From: Dehalococcoidia bacterium
GTDB lineage: Bacteria; Chloroflexota; Dehalococcoidia; Lucifugimonadales; UBA3495
Direction of reading: 5' to 3'
DNA: 64,000 bases
NCBI GenBank assembly: GCA_965207865.1
Contig: CBDBNP010000008.1
Location: 973,372-1,037,371, forward strand
The notes under the pieces: generated by a model
What the model saw: only the letters and a program-made list of their open reading frames with translations
Database searches by the model: none
Told to the model about the DNA's origin: nothing
Position numbers and translations under genes: made by a program
In this document: one piece after another, positions 26,710 through 35,265 of the stretch
Position numbering within the stretch: the stretch's first letter is position 1
Layout of the letters: each line of letters starts with the position of its first letter

Positions 26710-27591
26710 ATGGAACTGCTGGGATACGCCGTCCTCGCCTTCGCCCCGGGGCTTTTCTGGCTCTGGTTTTTCGTGCGGGGCCGCGCTTACCGCCCCAAGC
26801 CGAGGCGGTTGCTGGTCTTTGCGTTCCTGCTGGGAATGGTATCAACGATTCCGGCTGGCGGCGCTGAGTACCTCCTCCTCAGGGACGACGACTTGCGGGT
26901 CGGCGATGGCGTCGTTGGTGCGATGGCCGCGATGCTTTTCGTGGTTGGTCCGGCGGAGGAGCTGAGCAAATTCCTGGCCGTGCGCCTGGGGCCGTACCGT
27001 TCGCTCTACTTCGACGAACCCCGCGATGGCCTGGTGTATGCCGTGGCGGCGAGCCTGGGATTTGCGTCGCTGGAGAACCTGGTCTACATCCTGTCCTTCG
27101 GGCCCGAGGTAATGGTGGGGCGGGCCCTCTTCAGCACCTTGGCCCACGTCATTTTCGGAAGTTTCTGGGGCATAGCCCTGGGGGTCCAGATGCAGAGGCA
27201 CAGGAGGGGGCGAGGCTTCTGGCTGGTGGGCGGTCTGGCTGTGGCGGCAGTTGTGCACGGAGTGTTCAATATTCTGGTGCTGACCTTGTCTCCCCTGGCC
27301 CTGCTATCGCTGCTGTTTCTGATGGGACTGGGGCTGTGGTGGACGCTCAGCCGGTTCCGCTGGGCGCAGCGCGTCTCCCCCTTCCGGCTGCGTCGCAACT
27401 ATCCGAGGGCTGCCTGCAGGCGGTGCGGACAGTTGAACATTGTCAGCAGTCGTTTCTGCCAGCACTGCGGGTTGGCGAGGCCGTCTCCCAGTCCGTCGAG
27501 CCTGGTGTGCAGTCACTGCATAACGCCGGTCAGGCCTGACGCGACTTTCTGCACAAGCTGCGGCGACATCCTGCTGCGATGGTCGAACTGA
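26710..27591 (+). CDS. PrsW-family intramembrane protease with a C-terminal double zinc ribbon
   Basis: This 293-aa ORF has PAEELSKFLAV (EExxK), LAHVIFGSFWG and VVHGVFN motifs. The C-terminus carries CRRCGQ..CQHCG and CSHC..CTSCG. Confidence 0.75.
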   Translation: MELLGYAVLAFAPGLFWLWFFVRGRAYRPKPRRLLVFAFLLGMVSTIPAGGAEYLLLRDDDLRVGDGVVGAMAAMLFVVGPAEELSKFLAVRLGPYRSLYFDEPRDGLVYAVAASLGFASLENLVYILSFGPEVMVGRALFSTLAHVIFGSFWGIALGVQMQRHRRGRGFWLVGGLAVAAVVHGVFNILVLTLSPLALLSLLFLMGLGLWWTLSRFRWAQRVSPFRLRRNYPRAACRRCGQLNIVSSRFCQHCGLARPSPSPSSLVCSHCITPVRPDATFCTSCGDILLRWSN

Positions 27592-27679
27592 CGGCACAGG
27601 TTCGAGAGGGAATGGGGTGCTTTTGTGGTGAGGTTATCAGGCCGTGAGGAAACAGAAAAGGGAGAACACGGTAAACAAG

Positions 27680-27754
<75 letters not shown>

Positions 27755-28086
27755 TCGTTCCACCGCCGGAGGCAGCGACCAAGGCAAAGACTAGATCACT
27801 ATTATAGCAAACATTGGTCGAGATGTGACAATACTCATGGCGACCCAATTGCGCGCCCGATTTGCCGGACGGAGACCTGCTCCGGTGCTGGTGGGCAGCC
27901 GAGTTTTCTCTTACCCGCTGGCAGCGTGTCCCAGCCTCGTAGTCTGTCGGGCAGTGTTCAAACCGGGAGGGCGGGACCGGACGGACATCGCGATTTGGTT
28001 TCTCCGATGTACGAGTTGACTCACGTTGCAGGCCTTTCGCCCCAGGGCCGGAGCGGGATAAAATGGAGGCAGGCGCCGCACCCTGC

Positions 28087-28176
28087 GGAGGGATGGCCGA
28101 GTGGACGATGGCGGCGGTCTTGAAAACCGTTATGCAGGCGACTGTATCGTGGGTTCGAATCCCACTCCCTCCGCCA
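28087..28176 (+). tRNA. tRNA-Ser (anticodon UGA), long variable arm, CCA encoded
   Basis: The sequence is GGAGGGATGGCCGAGTGG...GGTCTTGAAAACC...GGGTTCGAATCCCACTCCCTCCGCCA. It is 90 nt long with anticodon loop CTTGAAA. Confidence 0.92.
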
Positions 28177-28210
28177 TCAGATAGTGATTAGGGTTCAGAT
28201 TAGCTACACA

Positions 28211-28244
28211 GGGGAGTTGTCTAGCAGGCAACTCTCCCTTTTTT
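28211..28244 (+). terminator. Hairpin plus T-run downstream of tRNA-Ser
   Basis: An imperfect stem, ggggagttg (28211-28219) pairing with caactctccc (28229-28238), is followed by tttttt (28239-28244). Confidence 0.45.
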
Positions 28245-28309
28245 GTTCACGCGATCCGTATACAATGTAGACAACTCCCCTGCGTGTACAAAAAAGAGCG
28301 GGCGTAGCG

Positions 28310-28741
28310 ATGCCAAAGAGGTTGCACAACGCCCTGAACCCGAAGCAGGTCACGACCCTTGGCCCCGGCACCCACTCGGACGGCGGCGGGTTGGCGCTCC
28401 GGGTGGACGACCGAGAGAACCCGCGTTAGAGGTGTTGCGGGACGCCTGGACACTTGGGAGCGGCGAGGGACTGGTATTCCCTGCCAAAGAGGGCGGGGCA
28501 ATGAGCGATATGGTCTTCACCGCCCTGTTGCGCCGCCTGAAGCTCGATTCAGTCCCCCACGGGTTCCGCTCTTCATTCTAGGGATTGGTGCGCAGAACAC
28601 GGGATAGCCCGGGATCTGGTAGACGCCAGCCTGTCGCACTCCTTGGGGGCGACCACGGTCGAAAACGTCTACCTGCGCTCCGACCTGCTGGGCCAGAGGC
28701 GGGGGCTGATGCAGGATTGGGCGGACTACTGCGCCGGGTAA
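28310..28741 (+). pseudogene. P4-type (DUF4102 arm-binding) tyrosine integrase, internally deleted and frameshifted
   Basis: - N-terminal piece: MPKRLHNALNPKQVTTLGPGTHSDGGGLALRV, ending at a stop at 28427.
- Middle piece, in another frame: GLVFPAKEGGAMSD..LLRRLKLDSVPHGFRSSF.
- After a 1-nt insertion: RDWCAEHGIARDLVDASLSHSLG..YLRSDLLGQRRGLMQDWADY.
- In total about 140 codons survive, whereas I would expect roughly 400 for this family (a recalled typical size, not measured here). Confidence 0.8.
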
Positions 28742-28882
28742 GGGCAATATCCCAATAGCATACTACTACTCCTAGGCCGCGAAGTCTGACCTAAATCAAA
28801 GCCCCCGCAGTCGCTGACGGGGGCCTCTTGTCGCCCGTGCTACTGAAGCAAGGCGGGCTATCTTGATTGCGCCTTTCATTTC

Positions 28883-28912
28883 GTATACTATTTTGTAAAC
28901 AAAATACTATAC
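28883..28912. promoter_or_regulatory. 30-bp near-perfect palindrome (candidate operator) immediately upstream of the 28927 ORF
   Basis: The sequence is GTATACTATTTTGT AA ACAAAATACTATAC, with 13 of 14 arm positions complementary. It sits 15 nt upstream of the ATG, with the AAGGA RBS in between, in an AT-rich leader. Confidence 0.6.
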
Positions 28913-28926
28913 AAAAGGAATAACGA

Positions 28927-29220
28927 ATGCAGTACTACATTGAAATACCTTTCGGAGCGGGCCGAGTCCAGTACACCACACCCAACCAGGCCACCGCTAT
29001 CAGCGACGACCTGCTCCACGTAAATGGTCTGACATTCATGCGAATTAGCGGACGCACGTTCCAGCGCATCACCACAGCGTTTCAGCGGAACGGTTGGGCC
29101 TACCAGGTGACAGGCTTCGGAGATTCCGGAGACGGAAACAGATCTGAAGCTCTCGCCACAGTGCTCATGGGCCTGCACGGAGATTTCCCAGGTTTGATCC
29201 ACCCTGGAGGGCAGACATGA
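28927..29220 (+). CDS. Hypothetical protein (97 aa), no recognisable family
   Basis: An ATG with an AAGGA RBS lies directly downstream of the palindromic operator. I prefer this ORF to the overlapping Cys-rich minus-strand ORF 28888-29226. Confidence 0.45.
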   Translation: MQYYIEIPFGAGRVQYTTPNQATAISDDLLHVNGLTFMRISGRTFQRITTAFQRNGWAYQVTGFGDSGDGNRSEALATVLMGLHGDFPGLIHPGGQT

Positions 29221-29287
29221 TGGCAACCATCACCAAAAATCATCAACCCTGAAACCGGATACCTGTGGGAGGTAACGCCCCTCTGAA

Positions 29288-29821
29288 TTGGCACGGCGAG
29301 ACCACCCTACGCCAGAAGAGCACAAGGAACTCGCCCGACTACGATTCACCCGGTTTAGGTACGGAGGTGTTGGATTGTCGGAGTCCGGCCCAACCATCAA
29401 CGGTTTCAAAGTGGCTGCTAGGAATATGACACAGTTGGGAATCATCAGAAATCTGAAGAACGGTGTGCAACACTTCACAAGGGTGATTCCTCTGGAGAAC
29501 GGGACTCCATTGAGGCCCCTGTGCGCTGTCAAGGGCAGTAACCGAATCAGCAAGTACGATATTGTCGGCCAGCTATTCGATATGGATGAGTCGTTGAAGG
29601 AGTTAAGAATCCACCACGAAGGGGATTTCTGCCAACCCTGCAAGAGGGCTTTCCGTCGATTGTTCAATGTAGACCTTACGAGCTCAATCTTCACCGTTAC
29701 CCTGCCCGAGGCGTATCCGGGTCAACCGCTGGAGGATCGCTTTATGTTTTGCGGTTCCAGTTTTAGGGACGGGAGAGACGCCCCGTCGGCGGCGTTAGAT
29801 GCGACCGACGTTGCCAATTAG
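29288..29821 (+). CDS. Hypothetical protein (177 aa from a TTG start; an alternative ATG lies at 29426), no recognisable family
   Basis: This is an open frame with ordinary amino-acid composition. It contains the motif RIHHEGDFCQPCKRAF. The start codon is uncertain. Confidence 0.45.
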   Translation: MARRDHPTPEEHKELARLRFTRFRYGGVGLSESGPTINGFKVAARNMTQLGIIRNLKNGVQHFTRVIPLENGTPLRPLCAVKGSNRISKYDIVGQLFDMDESLKELRIHHEGDFCQPCKRAFRRLFNVDLTSSIFTVTLPEAYPGQPLEDRFMFCGSSFRDGRDAPSAALDATDVAN

Positions 29822-29889
29822 GGCGGTAGTGCATTTTTTGCTGTGGTGTCAGGTTAAAGAAGATCTTGTCCGAAGTCGGGAGGTTGGCA

Positions 29890-30225
29890 GTGGCCAGAGG
29901 CATATCGAAGGAGCTGGAGAACGAGATTCGGGGCCAACTAACACAACTGGTAAATGCGGAACCGGGCCGTTTCCTCATAACCGGTCAGGGTGCTGACTCG
30001 TTGGAATTGGATGCAATGCACTACCTCGAGGACATTGGTGCCTTCGAGCGGAGAGGGTCAGGCAGTTACCGGATGACGGCCTATGGACGGGAATACTGGG
30101 AGAAACTGAATGCTCCTCGCTGGTACTGGTTCCGTCAAAACTGGTTCGCTGCTTCGGTGGCCGGGGCGACCATTCTAGCGGCATCTGTCTCAGCGGCTGC
30201 CAACATCGTCAACCTGATCGTATAG
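29890..30225 (+). CDS. Hypothetical small protein with a possible winged-helix-like N-terminus and a C-terminal TM helix
   Basis: A GTG at 29890 lies 6 nt after a GGGAGG RBS (29878-29883); the ORF track starts this ORF at a TTG at 29866. The C-terminal hydrophobic helix reads FAASVAGATILAASVSAAANIVNLIV. Confidence 0.5.
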   Translation: MARGISKELENEIRGQLTQLVNAEPGRFLITGQGADSLELDAMHYLEDIGAFERRGSGSYRMTAYGREYWEKLNAPRWYWFRQNWFAASVAGATILAASVSAAANIVNLIV

Positions 30226-30493
30226 AAGCCCCTCGGCACCAATCCGCCACATAGAACCCACACCTCAGCTCAGGCCACCTGTGCTGGTACAGGGACAGGA
30301 ACGCCCTTCCGGTGCCCCTGCCGGGCAGATAGAGCATCATCATCGCCCCTGCGGCTCCTGAACCAGCACCAGTCGGCGCTCGGGGCCCCGGCCCTGGAAT
30401 CGCTCCTCGACAATACTCAGTCAGTTGCATCCGCAATTCCAGGAGGGGTGCAAAGGAACCTTTTTGCGCGGCCAGAGGACGGGTAGTGTAGGG

Positions 30494-31721
30494 CAGGGTC
30501 ATTCGATTATTGATCGAAAATGGGGATGGGGTGTCTTGGGGATGATGATGAGGGAGTAGTAAGGTAGGGGGAGTGAGTGTGAGAGGGGTGTGTGGAATGG
30601 GCAATGAAAGGGAGAATATCGGGGGCCTGTCGTTACTGGAGGTCATGGGGAGATTGCCGGACCCTCGGAGCGGGCATGGCCGGCGCCATCCTCTGGGGGC
30701 GGTTCTTGGGTTGGCGGTGTGCGCCATGCTGTGTGGCGCCCGCAGCCTGTATGCCATCAGCCAGTGGGGCCGGGATCAGGGCCGGGAGGTATCGGAGGCA
30801 CTGGGCTTCACCCGGAGTCGTACTCCCTGCGTATCCACGTTGCATCAGGTATTCAGCCGGCTGGACCGGGAGGCCTTCGAGCTGCTGTTGGGTCAATGGC
30901 TAAAGGAGCGGGGACTGGAGGCTGGGGAGGCACTGGCCATAGACGGAAAGAGATTGCGTGGAATTCACGGAGAGCAATTGCCTGGGGTCCACTTGGTGGC
31001 GGCCTATGCCCACCGGTCGGGTATCGTGGTGGGTCAACAGGCAGTGGCGCACAAGAGGAATGAACTGGAGGCGGTACACCGGCTCTTGGATCGGTTGGAC
31101 CTGCAAGGCCAGGTGGTGACGGGAGACGCCCAGTTCACCCAGCGGAAGGTGTGCCGCAGTATCGTGGCAAAAGGGGGCACTACCTCCTCTCGGTAAAGGA
31201 CAATCAACCCACCTTGAAACAGGACATTGCCGACCTCTGGGAGGAGGCTATGGCACCGCAGGCAGAGCAGGTAGGCCGGCACGGGGACCGGGTGGAGGTG
31301 CGGCGCATCTGGGTGTCGGATGAACTGGCAGGCTACAGCGACTGGCCCCACCTGGCCCAGGTGTGTCGTGTGGAACGTATCGTCCACCACAAAGGCAAGA
31401 CCCGCCGGGAACTCGCGTATGCCGTAACCAGCCTCGGTCCCAATGAGGCTGACCCTGCCAGGCTGCTGCAACTGTGGCGGGGTCATTGGGGGATCGAAAA
31501 CCGGGTGTTCTGGGTACGGGATGTGACCATGGATGAGGACCGCTGCCAGGTAAGATCGGGTTCAGCCCCTCAAGTGATGGCCGGACTGCGCAATCTGGTC
31601 ATCAGTCTCTTGAGAATGGAAAAGGTGCCCAACATCGCCGCCGCACTCCGTCGCTGCGCCACCAGACCCTCCTATCCCTTGTCTCTCGTCGGCGCCCCTA
31701 CCCAATAATCGAAAGACCCTG
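30494..31721 (+). mobile_element. ISAs1-family insertion sequence (1228 bp) with 19-bp terminal inverted repeats and a 10-bp target-site duplication
   Basis: The left IR is cagggtcattcgattattg (30494-30512). The right IR is caataatcgaaagaccctg (31703-31721), giving 18 of 19 complementary positions. The direct repeat tagtgtaggg is found at 30484-30493 and 31722-31731. Confidence 0.88.
30573..31708 (+). pseudogene. ISAs1-family transposase, split by a 1-nt frameshift at an A4G5 run
   Basis: The N-terminal part reads LLEVMGRLPDPRSGHGRRHPLGAVLGL...DGKRLRG...VTGDAQFTQRKVCRSIVAKGG. The frame then changes at gcaaaagggggcac (about 31165-31178) into HYLLSVKDNQPTL...LWRGHWGIENRVFWVRDVTMDEDRCQVRSG. Confidence 0.8.
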
Positions 31722-32311
31722 TAGTGTAGGGCAAGCTGCTTGCGAGCATCAGTACTGAGGTGCCACGGCATTCCCTCCCACGGCACCGGACGCATCATGT
31801 CAACAATCGAAAGCTCGCCACGATGGCGATTCAATGGACGATCGAGAATACACTGGAATCTGCTGCTTCTGGAGTGGCTTTATCAGTGGTAGTTTTCTCG
31901 CAGACAGATGCCCCGCCTCGCGCTTCTCGATTCACCTTTCTGAAAGGGCTTCTATGGTACAGTCCGCCTCTGAGAAACTCGACAAGGCCTGAGTGCCACT
32001 TGCCTGAGATGGAAGCTAGTCGATTTACGGGGCTGGACAAACTTACATGCTCACCACGCTCCGGAGGGTAGGGCGCCAATCACCAATTTTGGAGACGCCT
32101 TTATCTGAGTGGTAGGTGAAACTGGAGTGCCATTCCAGAGGGGCAAAATGTAACGCCTTTCAGCGAGTGGCAAGGATGACTTCAGAGAAACCGATTTACC
32201 TGCACACTCCAAGTTTTCGAGCGAACAGATGCACGTGGAACAGTTGGCATTGACAAACGATTTGATCAATGAAATATAGTTTGTGAGTAATTGAAGGAGC
32301 CTGCAATTGAC

Positions 32312-33307
32312 ATGTCGACCCTAGCTGGCTTTCGACAGATAAACGATCTGGTGGAAAAGGAGGCGCGGTTCGTCCAGGTGCTGGACGCCGAGATCCGCAA
32401 GGCGATAATCGGCCAGGACCGTCTGGTGGAGCGTGCCCTGGTAGCCCTGCTTGCTGACGGGCACATTCTGCTGGAGGGCGTGCCGGGACTGGCAAAGACA
32501 TTGCTGGTCAAGACCATCGGGCAGGCGATCCAGGCCGGGTTCTCCCGCATCCAGTTCACTCCCGACCTGCTTCCTTCCGATCTTATCGGCACGCGGATAT
32601 ACAACCCCCGAACGGGGGAGTTCAGCGTCCAGAAAGGACCGGTCTTCTCCAACCTGATCCTGGCAGACGAGGTGAACCGGGCGCCGGCCAAGGTGCAAAG
32701 CGCGTTGCTGGAAGCGATGCAGGAGGGACAGGTTACGATCGGGGACGAAACCTTCCCGATCGATGCTCCGTTCCTGGTGCTGGCGACCCAGAACCCCATT
32801 GAGCAGGAGGGTACCTACCCGCTCCCTGAGGCGCAGGTGGACCGTTTTATGCTCAAGGTGATCGTGGATTACCCGTCGCGTTCCGAGGAAAGGGAGATCA
32901 TCGACCGCATGACGTCGGGCGCGCCGCTGAACGTGCAGCCCGTGGTGGACGCCCATTACATCATGAGCGCCCGGGAAATCGTCCGCCAGGTGTACGTGGA
33001 CGAAAAGATCAAGGATTATGTGCTCGACCTTGTGATTGCGACCAGGAACCCCGCGGCGGTAGGCCTCGACAACCTGGTGAACCTGATCTCATTCGGCGCG
33101 TCTCCCCGGGCCGGCATCTTCCTGATAGCCGCCGCCCGGGCCTATGCCTTCGTCAAGGGGCGAGGCTATGTCGTGCCCGACGACATCAAGCAGCTCGCGC
33201 CAGACGTGCTGCGACACCGGGTCATAACGACCTTCGAGGCCGAGGCCCAGGATGTGACAAGCGAGCAAATAGTCCAGCGCATACTGGACAACGTCGAAGT
33301 GCCGTAG
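32312..33307 (+). CDS. MoxR-family AAA+ ATPase
   Basis: The motifs are Walker A LLEGVPGLAKT, Walker B NLILADEVNRA, and VLATQNPIEQEGTYPLPEAQVDRF. I place the start at ATG 32312; the ORF track starts at a TTG at 32291. Confidence 0.9.
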   Translation: MSTLAGFRQINDLVEKEARFVQVLDAEIRKAIIGQDRLVERALVALLADGHILLEGVPGLAKTLLVKTIGQAIQAGFSRIQFTPDLLPSDLIGTRIYNPRTGEFSVQKGPVFSNLILADEVNRAPAKVQSALLEAMQEGQVTIGDETFPIDAPFLVLATQNPIEQEGTYPLPEAQVDRFMLKVIVDYPSRSEEREIIDRMTSGAPLNVQPVVDAHYIMSAREIVRQVYVDEKIKDYVLDLVIATRNPAAVGLDNLVNLISFGASPRAGIFLIAAARAYAFVKGRGYVVPDDIKQLAPDVLRHRVITTFEAEAQDVTSEQIVQRILDNVEVP

Positions 33308-34195
33308 ATGCTTACCGACGACCTGATTGCCAGGATTCGCCGGATTGAGATTACAACCCGCAAGCTGGTCGACGAAAGTTTCGCCGGGGAGTACCAGTCG
33401 GTGTTCAAGGGACGCGGAATGGAGTTCGACGAGGTGCGGCAGTACCACCCCGGCGACGACGTGCGCTCCATCGACTGGAACGTGACCGCCAGGACCGGCG
33501 AGCCCCACGTCAAGAGCTACATCGAAGAGCGGGAACTTACCGTGATGCTGGTGGTGGACGTCAGCGCCTCAGGGGACTTTGGCACCCGCAACCGCTTCAA
33601 GCGGGAGCTGGCGGTTGAGCTGGCAGCGGTCATGTCCTTTGCTGCCACCACCAACAACGACAAGGTAGGGCTGCTGCTGTTCACCGACCGGGTGGAATCG
33701 CTGGTGCCACCGAGGAAGGGGCGAAGTCACGTCCTCAGGATGGTGCGGGACCTGCTGCTGTTCCAAGCTGAAGGCACTGGCACCGACATTACGCTGGCGC
33801 TGAACACCGTTCACCGGATGCTGAAGCGGCGCAGCATAGTCTTCCTGGTTTCCGACTTTCTGGCCGACCCGGAATCGTACAGGCAGGCCATGCTGGTCGC
33901 CAATCGGCGGCACGACGTGGTGGCCTTCGACCTCAGCGACCCGCTGGAACACGAGATCAGCAACGTGGGTGTAATTGCGCTGCAAGATGCCGAGAGCGGA
34001 CAGATGCGCCTGGTGGACACCGGCAGCAGGGAGTGGCGAGAGGAGTTCAGCGGCAGGGTATCCCGGATGGAGGAGGGCAAGCGCGAGGTCCTTATGGCTG
34101 CGGGCGTGGACCGCGTGGGAGTCACCACTGAAAGGGACTATGTGGCCGAGGTCGGTGCGTTTTTCAAGACCCGGCTGCAAAGGCTAGGGCGATGA
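33308..34195 (+). CDS. DUF58 domain protein (vWA-like partner of MoxR)
   Basis: The motifs GEYQSVFKGRGMEFDEVRQYHPGDDVRSIDWNVTAR and LVVDVSASG are typical of DUF58. The gene starts immediately after the moxR-like stop. Confidence 0.88.
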   Translation: MLTDDLIARIRRIEITTRKLVDESFAGEYQSVFKGRGMEFDEVRQYHPGDDVRSIDWNVTARTGEPHVKSYIEERELTVMLVVDVSASGDFGTRNRFKRELAVELAAVMSFAATTNNDKVGLLLFTDRVESLVPPRKGRSHVLRMVRDLLLFQAEGTGTDITLALNTVHRMLKRRSIVFLVSDFLADPESYRQAMLVANRRHDVVAFDLSDPLEHEISNVGVIALQDAESGQMRLVDTGSREWREEFSGRVSRMEEGKREVLMAAGVDRVGVTTERDYVAEVGAFFKTRLQRLGR

Positions 34196-35265
34196 AATTG
34201 CCAACCTCTATTGGCCGAGTGTCCTGCTCCTCCCGACGTGGATGGCGCGAAACGGGTTCTTGGGGGTGGTCATCGCTGCTGGTTGCCGTGGCGCTGTCCG
34301 TCATGGCCGTTGCAGCCACGCATGCCCAGACTGGCCCGCCGCCCGGTGTGCGGGCGGCCCTGGTGGCAGACTCTTCGGAGTTGACTGTTGGCGATCCGGC
34401 AACCATCAGTCTCATCGTTTCACACCCCGAGGACTTCACCGTGTTTATTCCCCGTCTGGAGCGCGATTGGGGCCCCTTCGAGATCCAGGCGCAGACGTCT
34501 GTGCAGACGGTCTCCCTCGCCGACGGCGTTCGGACTGTGGCAAAGCAGTTCCGGGTGACGTTGTTTGCTCCCGGCACTTTCGAGACGCCGGACATCCCCG
34601 TCTCAGTTCGCGGTCCGGATGGAACTGTGGCGCAGGTCTCTCCCAACCCGCTCCAACTGACCGTGAACTCCGTACTGGCGTCGCCTGACGAGGAACTGAA
34701 GGACCTGCGCCCCCCTGCAGACCTTGCAACTCCGTTCTGGGAGCGGACGATTGTACTCGTCCTGGTTGCGGTTGTAGTTCTGGCATCAGCGGGAGGAACC
34801 ACGTTCTTCCTCATCCGCCGTTCGCGCCGTGCGGACCGGCCAGCCGCGGCCGTGCCGGACCTGCGAACTCCCTGGGAGGTTGCCACCCAGGAACTGGACC
34901 GCATTGCCCGCCTCAACCTGCCAGCGAGCGGCGCCATGAAGGAGCACTACACCCTCGTGGGGGCGGCTCTCCGCACCTACCTGGGAGCCACGTACCTGCG
35001 AGATGTCGGAGGCCGCAATGTCGAAGATATGTCAACGGAGGAAATTGCGGGTGAAATCTCGCGGTCTGTCCTCGATCATGGTAACGCCGGGCTGGTCATA
35101 GAACTGCTTCAGGAGGCGGACCTGGTGAAGTTCGCCAACTATGAGCCCACCGAGGTTGTGGCGAACGAAGCGGTCGTCCGTGCGCGAGGCATCATCGAGG
35201 CTACGCGAGCAACAGTCTCCACAGCGCCAGCCGCCATACCGGGCGTGCACGGAGCAGCGCCGTGA
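34192..35265 (+). CDS. Membrane protein with a BatD-like N-terminal region, a TM helix and a DUF4381-like C-terminal region
   Basis: The start overlaps the upstream stop as ATGA. The protein has a signal peptide, a central TM segment IVLVLVAVVVLASAGG, and a C-terminal pattern PWEVATQELDRI..YLRD..LLQEADLVKFANYEP. Confidence 0.6.
   Translation: MKLPTSIGRVSCSSRRGWRETGSWGWSSLLVAVALSVMAVAATHAQTGPPPGVRAALVADSSELTVGDPATISLIVSHPEDFTVFIPRLERDWGPFEIQAQTSVQTVSLADGVRTVAKQFRVTLFAPGTFETPDIPVSVRGPDGTVAQVSPNPLQLTVNSVLASPDEELKDLRPPADLATPFWERTIVLVLVAVVVLASAGGTTFFLIRRSRRADRPAAAVPDLRTPWEVATQELDRIARLNLPASGAMKEHYTLVGAALRTYLGATYLRDVGGRNVEDMSTEEIAGEISRSVLDHGNAGLVIELLQEADLVKFANYEPTEVVANEAVVRARGIIEATRATVSTAPAAIPGVHGAAP

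Noticed and set aside
27755-28086. The spacer between the two tRNAs, checked for SRP RNA, 6S RNA or another structured RNA
   Set aside because: I could find no conserved SRP domain-IV motif (GGAAGCAGCC type) or other recognisable signature by eye. This would need a covariance-model scan (Infernal/Rfam).
28888-29226. A 112-aa minus-strand ORF overlapping the 97-aa plus-strand ORF
   Set aside because: It is Cys-rich with odd composition, has no RBS, and its end runs through the palindromic operator. The plus-strand ORF has an RBS and an operator context.
29288-29821. The HHE...CQPC motif as a sign of a nucleic-acid deaminase or HNH nuclease toxin
   Set aside because: Deaminases have roughly 25-35 residues between H.E and PC..C, whereas here the gap is 3 residues. 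The HNH signature (a second His/Asn and paired CxxC) is also missing. I left the protein as hypothetical.
31160-31185. Programmed -1 ribosomal frameshifting in the ISAs1 transposase
   Set aside because: The site (gca aaa ggg ggc) is not a canonical X XXY YYZ heptamer in the zero frame, and the ISAs1 family is not known to use frameshifting. A mutation or homopolymer error is more likely.
32250-32280. A sigma70-like promoter upstream of the MoxR operon (TTGACA at 32250-32255, TATAGT at 32275-32280)
   Set aside because: The spacer is 19 nt, which is longer than optimal, and the promoter consensus for this lineage is unknown. The support is not strong enough to list it as a feature.
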